A program made the position numbers and the translations under genes. Shown here one piece after another: positions 31,287-42,023 of a stretch of DNA of 64,000 nt. The stretch is taken from positions 11,688 through 75,687 of the forward strand of contig CAYGGX010000001.1 in assembly GCA_964349585.1 (NCBI GenBank), given 5' to 3'. Every line of letters starts with the position of its first letter. Position 1 is the first letter of the stretch. This stretch comes from an uncultured Actinotalea sp. GTDB taxonomy: Bacteria; Actinomycetota; Actinomycetes; Actinomycetales; Cellulomonadaceae. The notes below the pieces were generated by a model, which saw nothing but the letters and a program-made list of their open reading frames with translations, made no database searches and was not told the origin of the DNA.

Positions 31287-32146
31287 CACGCTTCCTCGTC
31301 GTCGGTCGCACTGTCGGCGCTGTCCCGCGGGTCGTGCGCCGGGGCCAGACCCGTGTCCTCGGTGGGCGCGACGGAGTCGCCCTGCGCCGGCGCCTCGGCG
31401 CTGGACTGCTCGCCGCCCGGCACCGGCTCGACCGGGGCCTGCTGGGCCGGCGTCGGCGGGCGCCGTCCCGTGGGGTCGGCACCGGCGTGCGGCTGGTCCG
31501 GTGCCGCCCAGCCCTTCTCCCGGGCCAGACGCAGACCGACCAGAGTCGGCTCCCCCGCGCCGACGCCCTCGCCGCCGCGACCGTCGGGGAAGCCGGCCAG
31601 GACGCGGGACGTCTCCTTGAAGGTGGCGACCGACTCGGCCCCCCGGGTCGGGGCGACCGGCTCGCCCGCCCGCAGCGCGTCGACCACCGCCGTCGCCGAC
31701 TCCGGGGTCTGGTTGTCGAAGAACTCCCAGTTGACCATCATCACCGGGGCGTAGTCGCACGCCGCGTTGCACTCGATGCGCTCGAGCGTGATCGCGCCGT
31801 CGTCGGTGGTCTCGTCGTGCCCGACACCCAGATGCTCGGACAGCCGGTCGAAGATCGCGTCGCCGCCCAGCACGGCGCACAGGGTGTTGGTACACACCCC
31901 TACCTCGTAGGTGCCGCAGGGATGGCGCTTGAACTGGGTGTAGAACGTGGCGACACCCGACACCTCGGCGGTGCTGAGCCCGAGCAGCCGGGCGCAGAGG
32001 GCGATCCCGTCCGCGGTGACGTAGCCGTCCTCGGACTGCACCAGATGCAGCAGCGGGAGCAGCCCGGACCGCGGATCCGGGTACCGGGCGATGATCGCCG
32101 CGGCGTCGGCCTCCAGCCGGGCGAGGGTCGCGCCGTCGTATCCCAT
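31286..32146 (-). CDS. nuoE: NADH-quinone oxidoreductase subunit E
   Basis: [14 protein letters not shown]...[10 protein letters not shown]; low-complexity C-terminal tail. Confidence 0.95.
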   Translation of the reverse strand: MGYDGATLARLEADAAAIIARYPDPRSGLLPLLHLVQSEDGYVTADGIALCARLLGLSTAEVSGVATFYTQFKRHPCGTYEVGVCTNTLCAVLGGDAIFDRLSEHLGVGHDETTDDGAITLERIECNAACDYAPVMMVNWEFFDNQTPESATAVVDALRAGEPVAPTRGAESVATFKETSRVLAGFPDGRGGEGVGAGEPTLVGLRLAREKGWAAPDQPHAGADPTGRRPPTPAQQAPVEPVPGGEQSSAEAPAQGDSVAPTEDTGLAPAHDPRDSADSATDDEEA

Positions 32147-33489
32147 CAGCGGTCCACCCCACCGAGCACCGGGTCGAGGCCGGCGACGGCCACGACGACG
32201 TCGGCGAGCATGCCGCCCTCGCAGAGCAGCGAGACGGCCTGCAGGTTGTTGAACGACGGGTCCCGGAAGTGCGCCCGGTAGGGCCGGGTGCCGCCGTCGG
32301 AGACCAGGTGCACGCCCAGCTCCCCGCGGGGCGCCTCGATCGCCTGCCAGACCTGCCCGGCCGGGACCCGGAAGCCCTCGGTGACGAGCTTGAAGTGGTG
32401 GATCAGCGCCTCCATCGAGGTACCCATGATCTCCCGGATGTGGTCGAGGGAGTTGCCCATCCCGTCCGCCCCGATCGCCAGCTGGGCGGGCCAGGCGATC
32501 TTCTTGTCGGCCACCATCACCGGCCCCGGACCCATCGCCTGGAGCCGGTCGAGGGCCTGCTCGACGATCCGCAGCGACTGGTAGCACTCCTCCAGCCGGA
32601 GCACCACGCGCGCGTAGGAGTCCGCGTCGGTGGAGGTCGGCACGTCGAAGTCGTAGGTCTCGTACCCGCAGTACGGGGTGTGCTTGCGCACGTCGTAGGG
32701 CAGGCCGGTGGCCCGCAGCACCGGGCCGGTGATCCCCAGCGCCATGCACCCGGTCAGGCTGAGGTGCCCGACGCCGATCAGCCGGCCCTTGAAGATCGGG
32801 TTCGCAAGCATCAGGTCCCCGAGCTGGCGCAGGTAATCCCGGATCAGCGGCAGCGCCTCCCGGACGGAGTCCAACGCCCCCGGCGGGATGTCCTGGGCGA
32901 CGCCACCGGGCCGGACGTACGAGTGGTTCATCCGCAGGCCGGTGATCATCTCGAAGATCTTCAGGATCTCCTCGCGCCCGGTGAAGCCGACCGTCATGAT
33001 CGTGGTCGCGCCCATCTCGTTGCCGCCGCTGGCCAGGCCCACCAGGTGGGAGGCGACCCGGTTCAGCTCCATCATCAGCACCCGGATCGCCGTGGCCCGC
33101 TCCGGGACGTCGGCTGTGACGCCGAGCAGCCGCTCGACCGCCAGGCAGTAGCCGACCTCCTGGAACAGCGGGGCCAGGTAGTCCATCCGGGTGCAGAAGG
33201 TGACGCCCTGGGTCCAGTTGCGGAACTCCATGTTCTTCTCGATGCCGGTGTGCAGGTAGCCCACACCGGCCCGCGCCTCGGTCACCGTCTCGCCGTCGAT
33301 CTCCAGCATCAGGCGGAGCACGCCGTGGGTGGAGGGATGCTGCGGCCCCATGTTGACGACGATCCGCTCCTCGCCGAGGCGCGCCGCCTCCTCGGCTATC
33401 TGGGACCAGTCGCCGCCGGTGGCCTCGAAGGTCGGGGCGCCCTGCGGGTCGATGACCGGCGGGCTCGCGTGGGGGGTCTGCTCGGCCAT
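32146..33489 (-). CDS. nuoD: NADH-quinone oxidoreductase subunit D
   Basis: [38 protein letters not shown]. Confidence 0.97.
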   Translation of the reverse strand: MAEQTPHASPPVIDPQGAPTFEATGGDWSQIAEEAARLGEERIVVNMGPQHPSTHGVLRLMLEIDGETVTEARAGVGYLHTGIEKNMEFRNWTQGVTFCTRMDYLAPLFQEVGYCLAVERLLGVTADVPERATAIRVLMMELNRVASHLVGLASGGNEMGATTIMTVGFTGREEILKIFEMITGLRMNHSYVRPGGVAQDIPPGALDSVREALPLIRDYLRQLGDLMLANPIFKGRLIGVGHLSLTGCMALGITGPVLRATGLPYDVRKHTPYCGYETYDFDVPTSTDADSYARVVLRLEECYQSLRIVEQALDRLQAMGPGPVMVADKKIAWPAQLAIGADGMGNSLDHIREIMGTSMEALIHHFKLVTEGFRVPAGQVWQAIEAPRGELGVHLVSDGGTRPYRAHFRDPSFNNLQAVSLLCEGGMLADVVVAVAGLDPVLGGVDR

Positions 33490-34340
33490 CAGATGTACGC
33501 CCGCCGCTGGTCCGGCGGCGGGATCTGCGCGCCCTTGAACTCGACCGGGATCCCGCCCAGCGGGTAGTCCTTGCGCTGCGGATGGCCCACCCAGTCGTCG
33601 GGCATCTCGATCCGCGCGAGGGCCGGGTGCCCGTCGAAGATGAGGCCGAAGAAGTCGTAGGCCTCCCGCTCGTGCCAGTCGTGCCCCGGGTACACCTCGA
33701 CCGTCGAGGGGATGTGCGGGTCGGCGTCCGGCGCCGTCACCTCGAGCCGAATGCGTCGGCCGTGGGTGACCGAGCAGAGCAGGTACACGGCGTGCAGCTC
33801 GCGCCCGGCATCCCCGGGAAAGTGCACGCCGGACACCCCGAGCCCCAGCTCGAACCGCAGGTCGGCGTCGTCGCGCAGCGCCCGGCAGACGGCCAGCAGG
33901 TGCTCCCGGCGCACGTTCAGGGACAGCTCGCCGCGGTCCAAGACCACGCTCTCGACGGCCTCGTCGAACGCGACGCCCGCTTCCGCGAGCACCTCCGCAA
34001 GGATGTCCACGACCTCGTCGAACCAGCCTCCGTAGGGAGGCTCGCTCGGGCCGGGCATCGCGATCGTCCGCACCAGGCCGCCGAACCCCGACGTGTCGCC
34101 GGTGTCGGTGGCGCCGAACATGCCGCGGCGCACGTCGACCACCTCGAGGGGTTCGCGCCGACCGGAAGGCAGGTTCTGCGCCCCGCCCTCCAGAGCAGCC
34201 TCGGTTGCGGTCTGCGGCGTGTCGGACGACGGCGTGCCCACCGTACCCTCGCCGCCCTTGGCCGCGGCCGCGGCATCCCGCGCCTCGGCGGGCGGGTCGG
34301 CCGGCGCGCCCCGGTCGGTTCGGGCGTCGTCGTCGCTCAC
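33489..34340 (-). CDS. nuoC: NADH-quinone oxidoreductase subunit C
   Basis: [22 protein letters not shown]; GTG 34340 overlaps the nuoB stop. Confidence 0.94.
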   Translation of the reverse strand: MSDDDARTDRGAPADPPAEARDAAAAAKGGEGTVGTPSSDTPQTATEAALEGGAQNLPSGRREPLEVVDVRRGMFGATDTGDTSGFGGLVRTIAMPGPSEPPYGGWFDEVVDILAEVLAEAGVAFDEAVESVVLDRGELSLNVRREHLLAVCRALRDDADLRFELGLGVSGVHFPGDAGRELHAVYLLCSVTHGRRIRLEVTAPDADPHIPSTVEVYPGHDWHEREAYDFFGLIFDGHPALARIEMPDDWVGHPQRKDYPLGGIPVEFKGAQIPPPDQRRAYI

Positions 34341-34888
34341 CGCAGCAGGCCCTTCATCTGGGAGGTGGGCGTCGCGGAGAGGGCGGCAGCCTCGGCGGCC
34401 CGGGCGGCCTCCGCGCGGTTCACGCCGAGCGGGGCGCCCTGCACCTGCTCGTGCAGCGCGAGGATGGCGTTCAGCAGCATCTCGGGTCGCGGCGGGCAGC
34501 CGGGCAGGTAGATGTCGACCGGGACGATGTGGTCGACGCCCTGGACGATCGCGTAGTTGTTGAACATCCCGCCCGAGGACGCGCACACGCCCATCGACAG
34601 CACCCACTTGGGCTCGGGCATCTGGTCGTACACCTGGCGGACCACCGGCGCCATCTTCTGGCTCACCCGGCCGGCCACGATCATCAGGTCGGCCTGGCGC
34701 GGGGAGGCCCGGAACACCTCCATGCCGAATCGGGAGATGTCGAAGCGGGGGGTCCCGGTGGCCATCATCTCGATCGCGCAGCACGCGAGGCCGAACGTCA
34801 CCGGCCACATCGAAGCCTTGCGGACGTAGCCCACGAACTTCTCCACGGTCGTCAGCAGGATGCCGGACGGCGCCTCCTCGATGCCCAT
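34337..34888 (-). CDS. nuoB: NADH-quinone oxidoreductase subunit B
   Basis: [36 protein letters not shown]. Confidence 0.97.
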   Translation of the reverse strand: MGIEEAPSGILLTTVEKFVGYVRKASMWPVTFGLACCAIEMMATGTPRFDISRFGMEVFRASPRQADLMIVAGRVSQKMAPVVRQVYDQMPEPKWVLSMGVCASSGGMFNNYAIVQGVDHIVPVDIYLPGCPPRPEMLLNAILALHEQVQGAPLGVNRAEAARAAEAAALSATPTSQMKGLLR

Positions 34889-34937
34889 GGTGTCCCTCCC
34901 TCCCGTTCGTCGGTCGTCGTGCGTGCCCCTGCGCCGA

Positions 34938-35300
34938 TCAGTCCCAGTCGAACCCGCGCCGGCGCCACTCGTACACGAAGGGAACGGTGATCAGCACGAT
35001 GAATGTGACCATCGCCACCACCCCGAACAGCGCCAGCTCGCCGAAGGCCACCGCCCACGGGTACAAGAAGACGACCTCGATGTCGAAGATGATGAAGCTC
35101 ATCGCCACCAGGTAGTACTTGACGGGGAACCGCCCGCCCGAGGCCGCCTGGGGCGTGGGGTCAATCCCGCACTCGTAGGCCTCGAGCTTGGCGCGGTTGT
35201 AGCGCCGCGGGCCCAGCACGGCGCTCGCCGCCACCCCGCCGATGGCGAGCACGGCGGCCACGCCCATCAGGGCCAGGAGCGGCACGTACGGGTTGCTCAT
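34938..35300 (-). CDS. nuoA: NADH-quinone oxidoreductase subunit A
   Basis: [22 protein letters not shown]; ATG 35300. Confidence 0.96.
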   Translation of the reverse strand: MSNPYVPLLALMGVAAVLAIGGVAASAVLGPRRYNRAKLEAYECGIDPTPQAASGGRFPVKYYLVAMSFIIFDIEVVFLYPWAVAFGELALFGVVAMVTFIVLITVPFVYEWRRRGFDWD

Positions 35301-35391
35301 CGGGCCCTCCTGGCTGGCTCGGGCCGCCTCGCCGACCGACCGGCCGGTTCGCGGACGCACGGGGACACGGACCCCGCCGAGTGTGGTCGGC

Positions 35392-36684
35392 TCATGCGGC
35401 CGGCGCAATCCGGCTCAGCGTGGCTATCACGCGATCCGACAGGTCGCCGCCGCGCGGCTCGTACACGTCCGCCAGCAGCTTCATCACCAGGCGCATCAGG
35501 GCGGGACGCGGCAGCCCGTACCGGGTGCACAGGTGCATCACCGTAGGGTGCTCGATCAGCTTCACGAACACCCGGCCGAGCGTGTAGTAACCGCCCAGGT
35601 CGGCGGCCATCACCCGCGGGTAGGTCGCGAGCACGCGGTCGCGCGCGACGGCGCTGCCCCGGGACTTGGCCTGCACGATCACCTCGGCGGCCCGGCGGGA
35701 CGCCTGCATCGCGTAGGCGATCCCCTCGCCGTTGAACGGGCTGACCATCCCGCCGGCGTCGCCGACCAGCAGCAGGCCCCGGGTGTACAGCGGCTTGCGG
35801 TTGAAGCCCATCGGCAGCGCGGCGCCCCGGACGGGGCCGACCTGCCCCTCGGGGGAGAACCCCCACTCCGACGGGGTCGCCGCGACCCACCGGCGGAGCA
35901 TGTCCTTGTAGTCGACGCGGGTGGTGGTGGCCCGCGAGCTGACGCTGCCAAGCCCGACGTTCGCCGTGCCGTCCCCGAGCGGGAAGATCCAGCCGTACCC
36001 GGGCAGCAGGTTGGACCTGCGCGGGGGCCCGTCCCACAGCTCGAGGTGGGACTCCATCCACTCGTCGTCGTGCATCGGGGTGCGGTAGTAGGTCCGGACC
36101 GCGACGCCCATCGGGCGGTTCGGGTTCTTCTCGATGCCGAGGGCGAGCGCGAGGCGCGCCGAGACGCCGTCGGCGGCGATCACCACCGGCGCCCGGTAGG
36201 TGACCTCGTCACCCACCTTCCGGCCGTCGTCGTCGACCGGGCGGGCCGTGACCCCGATCACCCGGCCGGTGCGCTCGTGCAGCACGGGCCCGGTCACCGC
36301 GGTGCGCTGCAGGACCTTGGCGCCCGCCGCGGCGGCGTGCCGCGCGAGCGCGTCGTCGAAGTCGCGCCGGGTGCGCGCCAGTCCGTAGTCGGGGAACGAG
36401 TCCAGCTGCGGCCAGGGGAGCTCGAGCCGGTGGCCACCGCCGTAGACCCGCAGCCCCCGGTTGCGGATCCAGCCGTCCTCCGCCCGCAACGGCAGGCCCA
36501 TCGCGACGAGCTCGCGGACAGCCCGCGGGGTGAACCCGTCGCCGCAGACCTTGTCGCGCGGGAAGGCCGACTTCTCCAGCACGACGACGTCCAGGCCGGC
36601 CGAGGCGAGGTAGTACGCGGCTGTGGAGCCCGCCGGACCGGCACCCACGACGACGACGTCCGCGTCGAGTTGCACCGTCACCAC
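35392..36684 (-). CDS. menJ: Geranylgeranyl-reductase-family protein, menaquinone side-chain reductase
   Basis: GAGPAGS, FPRDKVCGDG, GYGWIFPLG, VGDAGGMVSPFNGEGI; GAGGAG RBS; location in the men/nuo cluster. Confidence 0.88.
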   Translation of the reverse strand: MVTVQLDADVVVVGAGPAGSTAAYYLASAGLDVVVLEKSAFPRDKVCGDGFTPRAVRELVAMGLPLRAEDGWIRNRGLRVYGGGHRLELPWPQLDSFPDYGLARTRRDFDDALARHAAAAGAKVLQRTAVTGPVLHERTGRVIGVTARPVDDDGRKVGDEVTYRAPVVIAADGVSARLALALGIEKNPNRPMGVAVRTYYRTPMHDDEWMESHLELWDGPPRRSNLLPGYGWIFPLGDGTANVGLGSVSSRATTTRVDYKDMLRRWVAATPSEWGFSPEGQVGPVRGAALPMGFNRKPLYTRGLLLVGDAGGMVSPFNGEGIAYAMQASRRAAEVIVQAKSRGSAVARDRVLATYPRVMAADLGGYYTLGRVFVKLIEHPTVMHLCTRYGLPRPALMRLVMKLLADVYEPRGGDLSDRVIATLSRIAPAA

Positions 36685-36694
36685 GCGCCGCTCC

Positions 36695-37462
36695 TCAGCT
36701 CCCCCGCGGGACCTTGTGAAGGGATTCACGAGCACCAACCGCGTCAGTGTATCCACGGCGCAGACCGGGTTCCGGACAGACGCTGCGGTGCAGCGCGACG
36801 ATCCCGCCGCTGAGGTTCCGGTAGGCCACCTCGGTCCAGCCCGCCGACCGCATCCGGCGCCCGAGGCCCGCCTGGTCGGGCCAGGCCCGGATCGACTCGG
36901 CGAGGTACACGTAGGCATCCGGCGAGCTCGACACCGCACGGGCGACCGCGGGCAGGGCCCGCATCAGGTACTCGGTGTAGATCGTTCGCCACGGGCCCCA
37001 CGTCGGGGTCGAGAACTCGCACACCACGAGGCGACCGCCGGGCCGGGTCACCCGGAGCATCTCGGCCAGCGCGGCGTCGGTGTCAACCACGTTGCGCAGC
37101 CCGAAGGAGATGGTCACGGCGTCGAACGCGTCGTCCGCGAAGGGCAGCCGCACGGCGTCCCCGGCCACGAACGGCAGGTCCGGCCGGCGGGCCTTGCCCT
37201 GCGCCAGCATCCCCGTCGAGAAGTCGCAGGGCACCACCCGGGCACCGCGCGCGTCGAACGGGTCGCTCGACGTGCCGGTTCCCGCCGCGATGTCCAGCAC
37301 CAGCTCGCCGGGCCGGGGATCGACGGCCGCGGTGGTGGCCGCGCGCCAGCGCCGGTCCTGCCCGAGCGAGAGGACGGCGTTGGCGAGGTCGTAGCGGCGC
37401 GCGACGGCGTCGAACATCGCGGCGACCTCATGGGGCAGCTTCTCGAGGCTCGCGCGCGGCAT
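36695..37462 (-). CDS. menG: Demethylmenaquinone methyltransferase with about 27 aa C-terminal extension
   Basis: [40 protein letters not shown]; ATG 37462. Confidence 0.93.
   Translation of the reverse strand: MPRASLEKLPHEVAAMFDAVARRYDLANAVLSLGQDRRWRAATTAAVDPRPGELVLDIAAGTGTSSDPFDARGARVVPCDFSTGMLAQGKARRPDLPFVAGDAVRLPFADDAFDAVTISFGLRNVVDTDAALAEMLRVTRPGGRLVVCEFSTPTWGPWRTIYTEYLMRALPAVARAVSSSPDAYVYLAESIRAWPDQAGLGRRMRSAGWTEVAYRNLSGGIVALHRSVCPEPGLRRGYTDAVGARESLHKVPRGS
36714..36731. promoter_or_regulatory. Rex operator TTGTGAAGGGATTCACGA
   Basis: One mismatch to the Rex consensus TTGTGAA-N4-TTCACAA; lies just downstream of a minus-strand TACACT -10 (36746-36751) and upstream of menJ-nuo; rex is in this window. 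Confidence 0.8.
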
Positions 37463-37558
37463 GCCCCCAGTCTTCCAGCCCTGCGGGGACGTGCGTCCAC
37501 CGGGCGCACACCCCGGCTTTCGCGAGGCGTCGCCCGGCCGGCCGTAGGCTTGGGGACG

Positions 37559-38845
37559 ATGATCTCCGACCTGCCCGCGGCGCACGACGCCCGGCCGCTC
37601 CCCCTCGTCGCCCGGACCGTCGCCCTCGACCCCGCCGAGCTGCCGCGCGACCTGATCGACCTGCTTCCCCCGACCGGCGGCCTGGCATGGGTGCGCCGCG
37701 GGGACGGCCTCGTCGCCTGGGGCGAGACGGCCCGGATCCGCCGCGTCGGGCCGGAACGGTTCCGCGACGCCGAGTCGGCCTGGCGGGAGCTTGCCGACCG
37801 CGCAGTCGTCCGCGACGAGGTGCAACTGCCGGGCACCGGACCCGTCGCGTTCGGCGCGTTCGCCTTCGCCGACCGCTCACCCGCCGGTGGCGCCCTGGTG
37901 GTCCCGCGGGTCGTGGTCGGGCGCCGCGGCGACGCCGCCTGGCTGACCACGATGGACGTCGGGGCGGTCGGCGCGCCCGACGACCTCGCCGCCCGGGAGC
38001 GACCACGCAGCCCGGGTCCCGTGACCTACGCCGACGGCGCGCTCGACGCGACTGCCTGGCGGCGGGCCGTCGAGCACGCCTTGGCCGAGATCCGGTCCGG
38101 GCGGCTGGACAAGGTGGTACTGGCCCGGGAGGTGCTCGCGACGACGACCCGGCCGCTCGACCCCCGGTGGGCGCTGCGCCGGCTCGCCGCCGAGTACGCC
38201 GCCTGCTGGACGTTCGCCGTCGACGGAATGCTCGGCTCGACGCCCGAGCTGCTGCTGCGCAGCGAGAAGGGCCTGGTCACCTCCCGGGTGCTGGCGGGGA
38301 CCATCCGGCGGACCGGCGACGACGACGCCGACCTTGCCCACGCCGCGGTGCTCGCGCACTCCTCCAAGGACCTGGAGGAGCACGAGTACGCCGTCGAGTC
38401 CCTCGCCGAGTCCCTCGCGCCGTTCTGCTCGTCGACCAACGTCCCCGAGACGCCCTTCGTGCTGCACCTGCCGAACGTCCTGCACCTGGCGACCGACGTG
38501 ACCGGCGTCCTGAGCATGGGCACGTCGACACCTTCCTCGTTGGGCATAGCCGCCGCCCTGCACCCCACCGCCGCGGTCGCGGGCACGCCCACCGAGCAGG
38601 CCTGCGACCTGATCGCCCGGGTCGAGGGGATGGATCGGGGTCGCTACGCCGGGCCCGTCGGCTGGCTGGGCGCCGACGGCGACGGCGAGTGGGCGATCGC
38701 GCTGCGGTCGGCCGAGATCGGGCCGGACCCGCGCCGGCTGCGCCTGCTCGCGGGTTGCGGGATCGTGGCCGCCTCCGACCCCGTCGCCGAGCTTGCCGAG
38801 TCCGAGGCGAAGCTGGAGCCGATGCGGTTCGCCCTGGCGGAGTGA
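37559..38845 (+). CDS. menF: Isochorismate synthase
   Basis: [58 protein letters not shown]; TAGGCT 8 nt before ATG. Confidence 0.92.
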   Translation: MISDLPAAHDARPLPLVARTVALDPAELPRDLIDLLPPTGGLAWVRRGDGLVAWGETARIRRVGPERFRDAESAWRELADRAVVRDEVQLPGTGPVAFGAFAFADRSPAGGALVVPRVVVGRRGDAAWLTTMDVGAVGAPDDLAARERPRSPGPVTYADGALDATAWRRAVEHALAEIRSGRLDKVVLAREVLATTTRPLDPRWALRRLAAEYAACWTFAVDGMLGSTPELLLRSEKGLVTSRVLAGTIRRTGDDDADLAHAAVLAHSSKDLEEHEYAVESLAESLAPFCSSTNVPETPFVLHLPNVLHLATDVTGVLSMGTSTPSSLGIAAALHPTAAVAGTPTEQACDLIARVEGMDRGRYAGPVGWLGADGDGEWAIALRSAEIGPDPRRLRLLAGCGIVAASDPVAELAESEAKLEPMRFALAE

Positions 38846-38846
38846 C

Positions 38847-40607
38847 TCAGGGACCAGCGGCGACTTCGCTGATCGCGGCCGTGACGGCCGTCGTCAGCCT
38901 GGCATGCAGCCCGCGTCGGCCCGCCCGGTCGACCGGGACCTCCACCACGGTCGTACCGGCCACCGGGGCGCGAAGAGCCGAGCGCAGCGCGTCCAGGTCG
39001 CCCACCCGGGTGTGCGGCACCCGGTAGCCGGCGCACAGCGCGGCCAGGTCGGTCCCGTGCGGGGTCGCGAAGACGCGCTCGAACACCCCCGCCCGCTCCG
39101 GCTCCCCGTGCTCCAGGGTGGCGAACACCGAACCGCCGTCGTCGTTCGCGACGATCACCTGGAGGTCGGGACGTCGCTCCAGCGGTCCGGCGAGCAGGCC
39201 GCCGACGTCGTGCAGGAACGTCAGGTCGCCGAGCTGGGCGCGCACCGGGCGGCCCAGGCCCAGCGCGACGCCGGCCGCCGTCGAAACGGAACCGTCGATC
39301 CCGGACAGGCCCCGGTTGGCGATCACCACGGGCGGCTCCGACCAGGCCGCGACGAGGTCCAGGTCGCGGATCGGGTTGCTGGCGCCGACCACGAGCACGT
39401 CCTGCGGACCGGTCGCCGCGGCGATCTCGGCGGCGAGCGCCGGGCCGGTCATCCGGCCGTTCCCGGATGCCGCGAGAACGGCGCGCACGGCGCGCGCCGC
39501 GGCGCTGCCCGCCCGGTGCCAGCGCGCCAGCCAGTCCGAGGGCGCCCCGGCTTCCGCGTGCGGGTCGAGCAGCCACGGCGGGACCTGCTCGACGATGTGC
39601 GTCGCGCCCCGCCCGATCTCCGGATGCGCCGAGCTCAGCTGGGCCACGACCAGCGACTCGACGTCGCGCCGGACCAGGAGGGCGTGCACCGAGCGGCTCA
39701 GGGTCGGCCGGCCGAGGACCACCACCCGGCGGATCTCCGGTCCGAGCGGCTCGAGCGCGAGCCGGTAGCAGGCGATGGCGTTGGGGCCGCCGCGGGACCC
39801 CGAGGAAGGTTCCGCCAGCAGGGGCCAGCCGTTCGTCTCGGCCACCCGCCGGGCGATCGCTCCCGCCCCGTCGCCGGCGACCACGACCGTGTGCACGGCG
39901 GGCGACCAGGGCACCAGGGCGTTCCGGGACGACCAGCCCAAGGGGCGGTCGGCCGCCCGGGCGGCCTGACCCTCCACCGGGCGGGTGGTCAGCGGAACGG
40001 GCCACGGCTCGCCGTCGGGCACCAGCGGCTCGCGGTAGGCGAGGTTGATGTGGACGGGCCCGGGGTCGCCGGCCCCCGCCCCGGTGGCCAGGGCGACGGC
40101 CTCCGAGACCACCCGGCGCAGGTGGCGCTCCTCGTCCGCGCTCCCGGTCGGGGCGGACATGTCGAGCAGCAGCCGCAGGGCGCCGGTGAAGATGCGCACC
40201 TGGTCGGTCGTCTGGTTGGCGCCGGTCCCCCGCACCTCGTGCGGCCGGTCGGCGGTCAGCAGCAGCAGCGGCAGGCCCGCATGGTGCGCCTCGAGCACCG
40301 CGGGATGCAGGTTCGCGACGGCGCTGCCCGACGTCGTGACGACCGCGACCAGCGCGCCGTCGTTGCGCAGCGCCGCGGCCCGGGCGAGCCCGACCGCGAG
40401 GAACCCCGCGCACCGCTCGTCCACCCGGACGTGCAGCTCCAGCTCGGGGGCATGTGGGTCGCGCCCCTCGTCGCGGCGGGCGGCCTCGGCCACCGCGTAG
40501 GCGAGCGGCGCGCTGCGCGAGCCGGGGCTGAGCACGACGTGCCGCAGACCTCGCGCGGCGAGCGCCTGGAGCAGCACCTGTGCGGATCGGATCGCCGGGA
40601 CACTCAT
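38847..40607 (-). CDS. menD: SEPHCHC synthase
   Basis: VLSPGSRSAPLA, VDERCAGF, TSGSAVANLHPAVLEA, NRGLSGIDG, GDLTFLHD, NDDGGSVF. Confidence 0.95.
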   Translation of the reverse strand: MSVPAIRSAQVLLQALAARGLRHVVLSPGSRSAPLAYAVAEAARRDEGRDPHAPELELHVRVDERCAGFLAVGLARAAALRNDGALVAVVTTSGSAVANLHPAVLEAHHAGLPLLLLTADRPHEVRGTGANQTTDQVRIFTGALRLLLDMSAPTGSADEERHLRRVVSEAVALATGAGAGDPGPVHINLAYREPLVPDGEPWPVPLTTRPVEGQAARAADRPLGWSSRNALVPWSPAVHTVVVAGDGAGAIARRVAETNGWPLLAEPSSGSRGGPNAIACYRLALEPLGPEIRRVVVLGRPTLSRSVHALLVRRDVESLVVAQLSSAHPEIGRGATHIVEQVPPWLLDPHAEAGAPSDWLARWHRAGSAAARAVRAVLAASGNGRMTGPALAAEIAAATGPQDVLVVGASNPIRDLDLVAAWSEPPVVIANRGLSGIDGSVSTAAGVALGLGRPVRAQLGDLTFLHDVGGLLAGPLERRPDLQVIVANDDGGSVFATLEHGEPERAGVFERVFATPHGTDLAALCAGYRVPHTRVGDLDALRSALRAPVAGTTVVEVPVDRAGRRGLHARLTTAVTAAISEVAAGP

Positions 40608-41548
40608 CGCAGGGCTCCTGCCACGCTCGAGAGACGTTCGGTCCAGCGTCGGGTCAGCTCGGGGTCGGCGGCGTGCCGCGCGAGCAGCCGCGGGTCCACC
40701 TCCGGTCGGCGGACCGGGAGCATGCCGCCGACCGGGAGCAGCGGGTCGGCGACCAGGTCCCCCGCGAGCAGGCGGGCGGTGCCGAGGCCGCACGCGAGGT
40801 CCAGCTCGGGAAGGGCCGCCGCCAGGGCGACGCCGGCGGCGAGCCCCACGGAGGTCTCCAGGGCCGACGAGACGACCACGGGGATGCCCAAACGCTCGGC
40901 GATCTCGAGGCAGGCCCGCACCCCGCCGAGCGGCTGGACCTTGAGGACGGCCACGTCCGCGGCCTCGGCCCGGACCACCGCCAGCGGGTCCGCCGCCAGC
41001 CGGATCGACTCGTCCGCGGCCACCGGGACGTCGGTGGCCCGGCGCACGGCGGCGAGGTCCGCCAACGACGCACACGGCTGCTCCGCGTACTCCAGACCGC
41101 CCGCCGCCCGCGCCAGCTCGCGCAGGCGCCGGATCGCGGTGCGGGCGTCCCAGGCGGCGTTCGCATCGACCCTGATCCGCCCGCCCGGCCCCAGCGCGTC
41201 CCGGACCGCGGCCACCCGCTCGATGTCCTCGGAGTGGCTCTGCCCGGGTTCCGCGACCTTCACCTTGGCCGTCGCGCACCCCGATTCCCGGACCAGCGCG
41301 GCGGCGCTCGCCGGATCCACCGCCGGGACGGTGACGTTGACCGGGATCTCCGCGCGCCGCGGCTCGGGCCACCCGACGTCCGCCGCCTCGGTCGCGGCGA
41401 GCCACCACCGGTGCGCCACGACGTCGTCGTACTCCCAGAAGGGGGAGAACTCACCCCACCCCGCGTCGCCGCGGATCAGCACGCCGTCGCGCGTCGTCAG
41501 CCCGCGAAAGCGCTCTCGCATGGCGATCGCGAAGACGGTCACGTCCAC
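40604..41548 (-). CDS. menC: o-succinylbenzoate synthase
   Basis: WGEFSPF, AKVKV, RVDANAAW, YAEQP, ADESIR, SSALETSVG. Confidence 0.93.
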   Translation of the reverse strand: MDVTVFAIAMRERFRGLTTRDGVLIRGDAGWGEFSPFWEYDDVVAHRWWLAATEAADVGWPEPRRAEIPVNVTVPAVDPASAAALVRESGCATAKVKVAEPGQSHSEDIERVAAVRDALGPGGRIRVDANAAWDARTAIRRLRELARAAGGLEYAEQPCASLADLAAVRRATDVPVAADESIRLAADPLAVVRAEAADVAVLKVQPLGGVRACLEIAERLGIPVVVSSALETSVGLAAGVALAAALPELDLACGLGTARLLAGDLVADPLLPVGGMLPVRRPEVDPRLLARHAADPELTRRWTERLSSVAGALR

Positions 41549-41619
41549 GCCTCAACCGTAGTGCCGCCCGCCGCGGCACGGTCCCCCGGACGCGATGCGA
41601 CTCCCGCCGAGGGCGCCGC

Positions 41620-41958
41620 TCACGGCTCGGGCGCGGGCACCTCGCCACCGAAGAGCCGCAGCCCGACCATGCCTGCGACGATCAGGACGAGCGAGACGAT
41701 CTTGCCCACCGTGGCGGCCTCGTTGAAGAGCACGATGCCCAGCGCGGCGGTCACGACCGTGCCGAGCCCCGTCCAGATCGCGTAGGCCACCCCGACCGGG
41801 AGGGTGCGCAGGGACCAACCGAGCCCCGCCATGCTCGCGGCGAGGAGCACGACGAAGGCCATCGTCGGGCCGAGCCGGGTGAAGCCGTCGGAGGCCTTGA
41901 GACTCAGCGCCCACGCCGACTCGAGCAACCCGGAGACCACAAGTACCAACCAAGCCAC
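41620..41958 (-). CDS. SMR/DMT small multidrug resistance transporter (Gdx/SugE-like)
   Basis: MAWLVLVVSGLLESAWALSLKASDGF with membrane Glu; LPVGVAYAIWTGLG; AGGGAGG RBS. Confidence 0.9.
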   Translation of the reverse strand: MAWLVLVVSGLLESAWALSLKASDGFTRLGPTMAFVVLLAASMAGLGWSLRTLPVGVAYAIWTGLGTVVTAALGIVLFNEAATVGKIVSLVLIVAGMVGLRLFGGEVPAPEP

Positions 41959-42012
41959 GGCGTCCTCCCTGTTCGCGCTGCCGGATCGGTGAACGGTACG
42001 CCGCCCGTCGCT
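41957..42012 (-). ncRNA. Candidate guanidine-III (ykkC-III)-like riboswitch
   Basis: Hand-folded pseudoknot AGCG-ACGG-GCGGCGU-AC-CGUU-linker-ACGCCGU upstream of an SMR gene; not verified by covariance model. Confidence 0.4.
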
Positions 42013-42023
42013 ACTGTGGCGCC

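Noticed and set aside
1157-41408. Apparently giant or fused ORFs (1157..3883, 17989..20658, 27313..31482, 29940..32162, 38847..41408)
   Set aside because: The recognisable protein occupies only the 3' part, and its true start overlaps the upstream gene's stop; not fusions or frameshifts
41959-42023. Guanidine-II (mini-ykkC) riboswitch upstream of the SMR gene
   Set aside because: Needs two ACGR-capped hairpins; the single ACGG present has no closing stem
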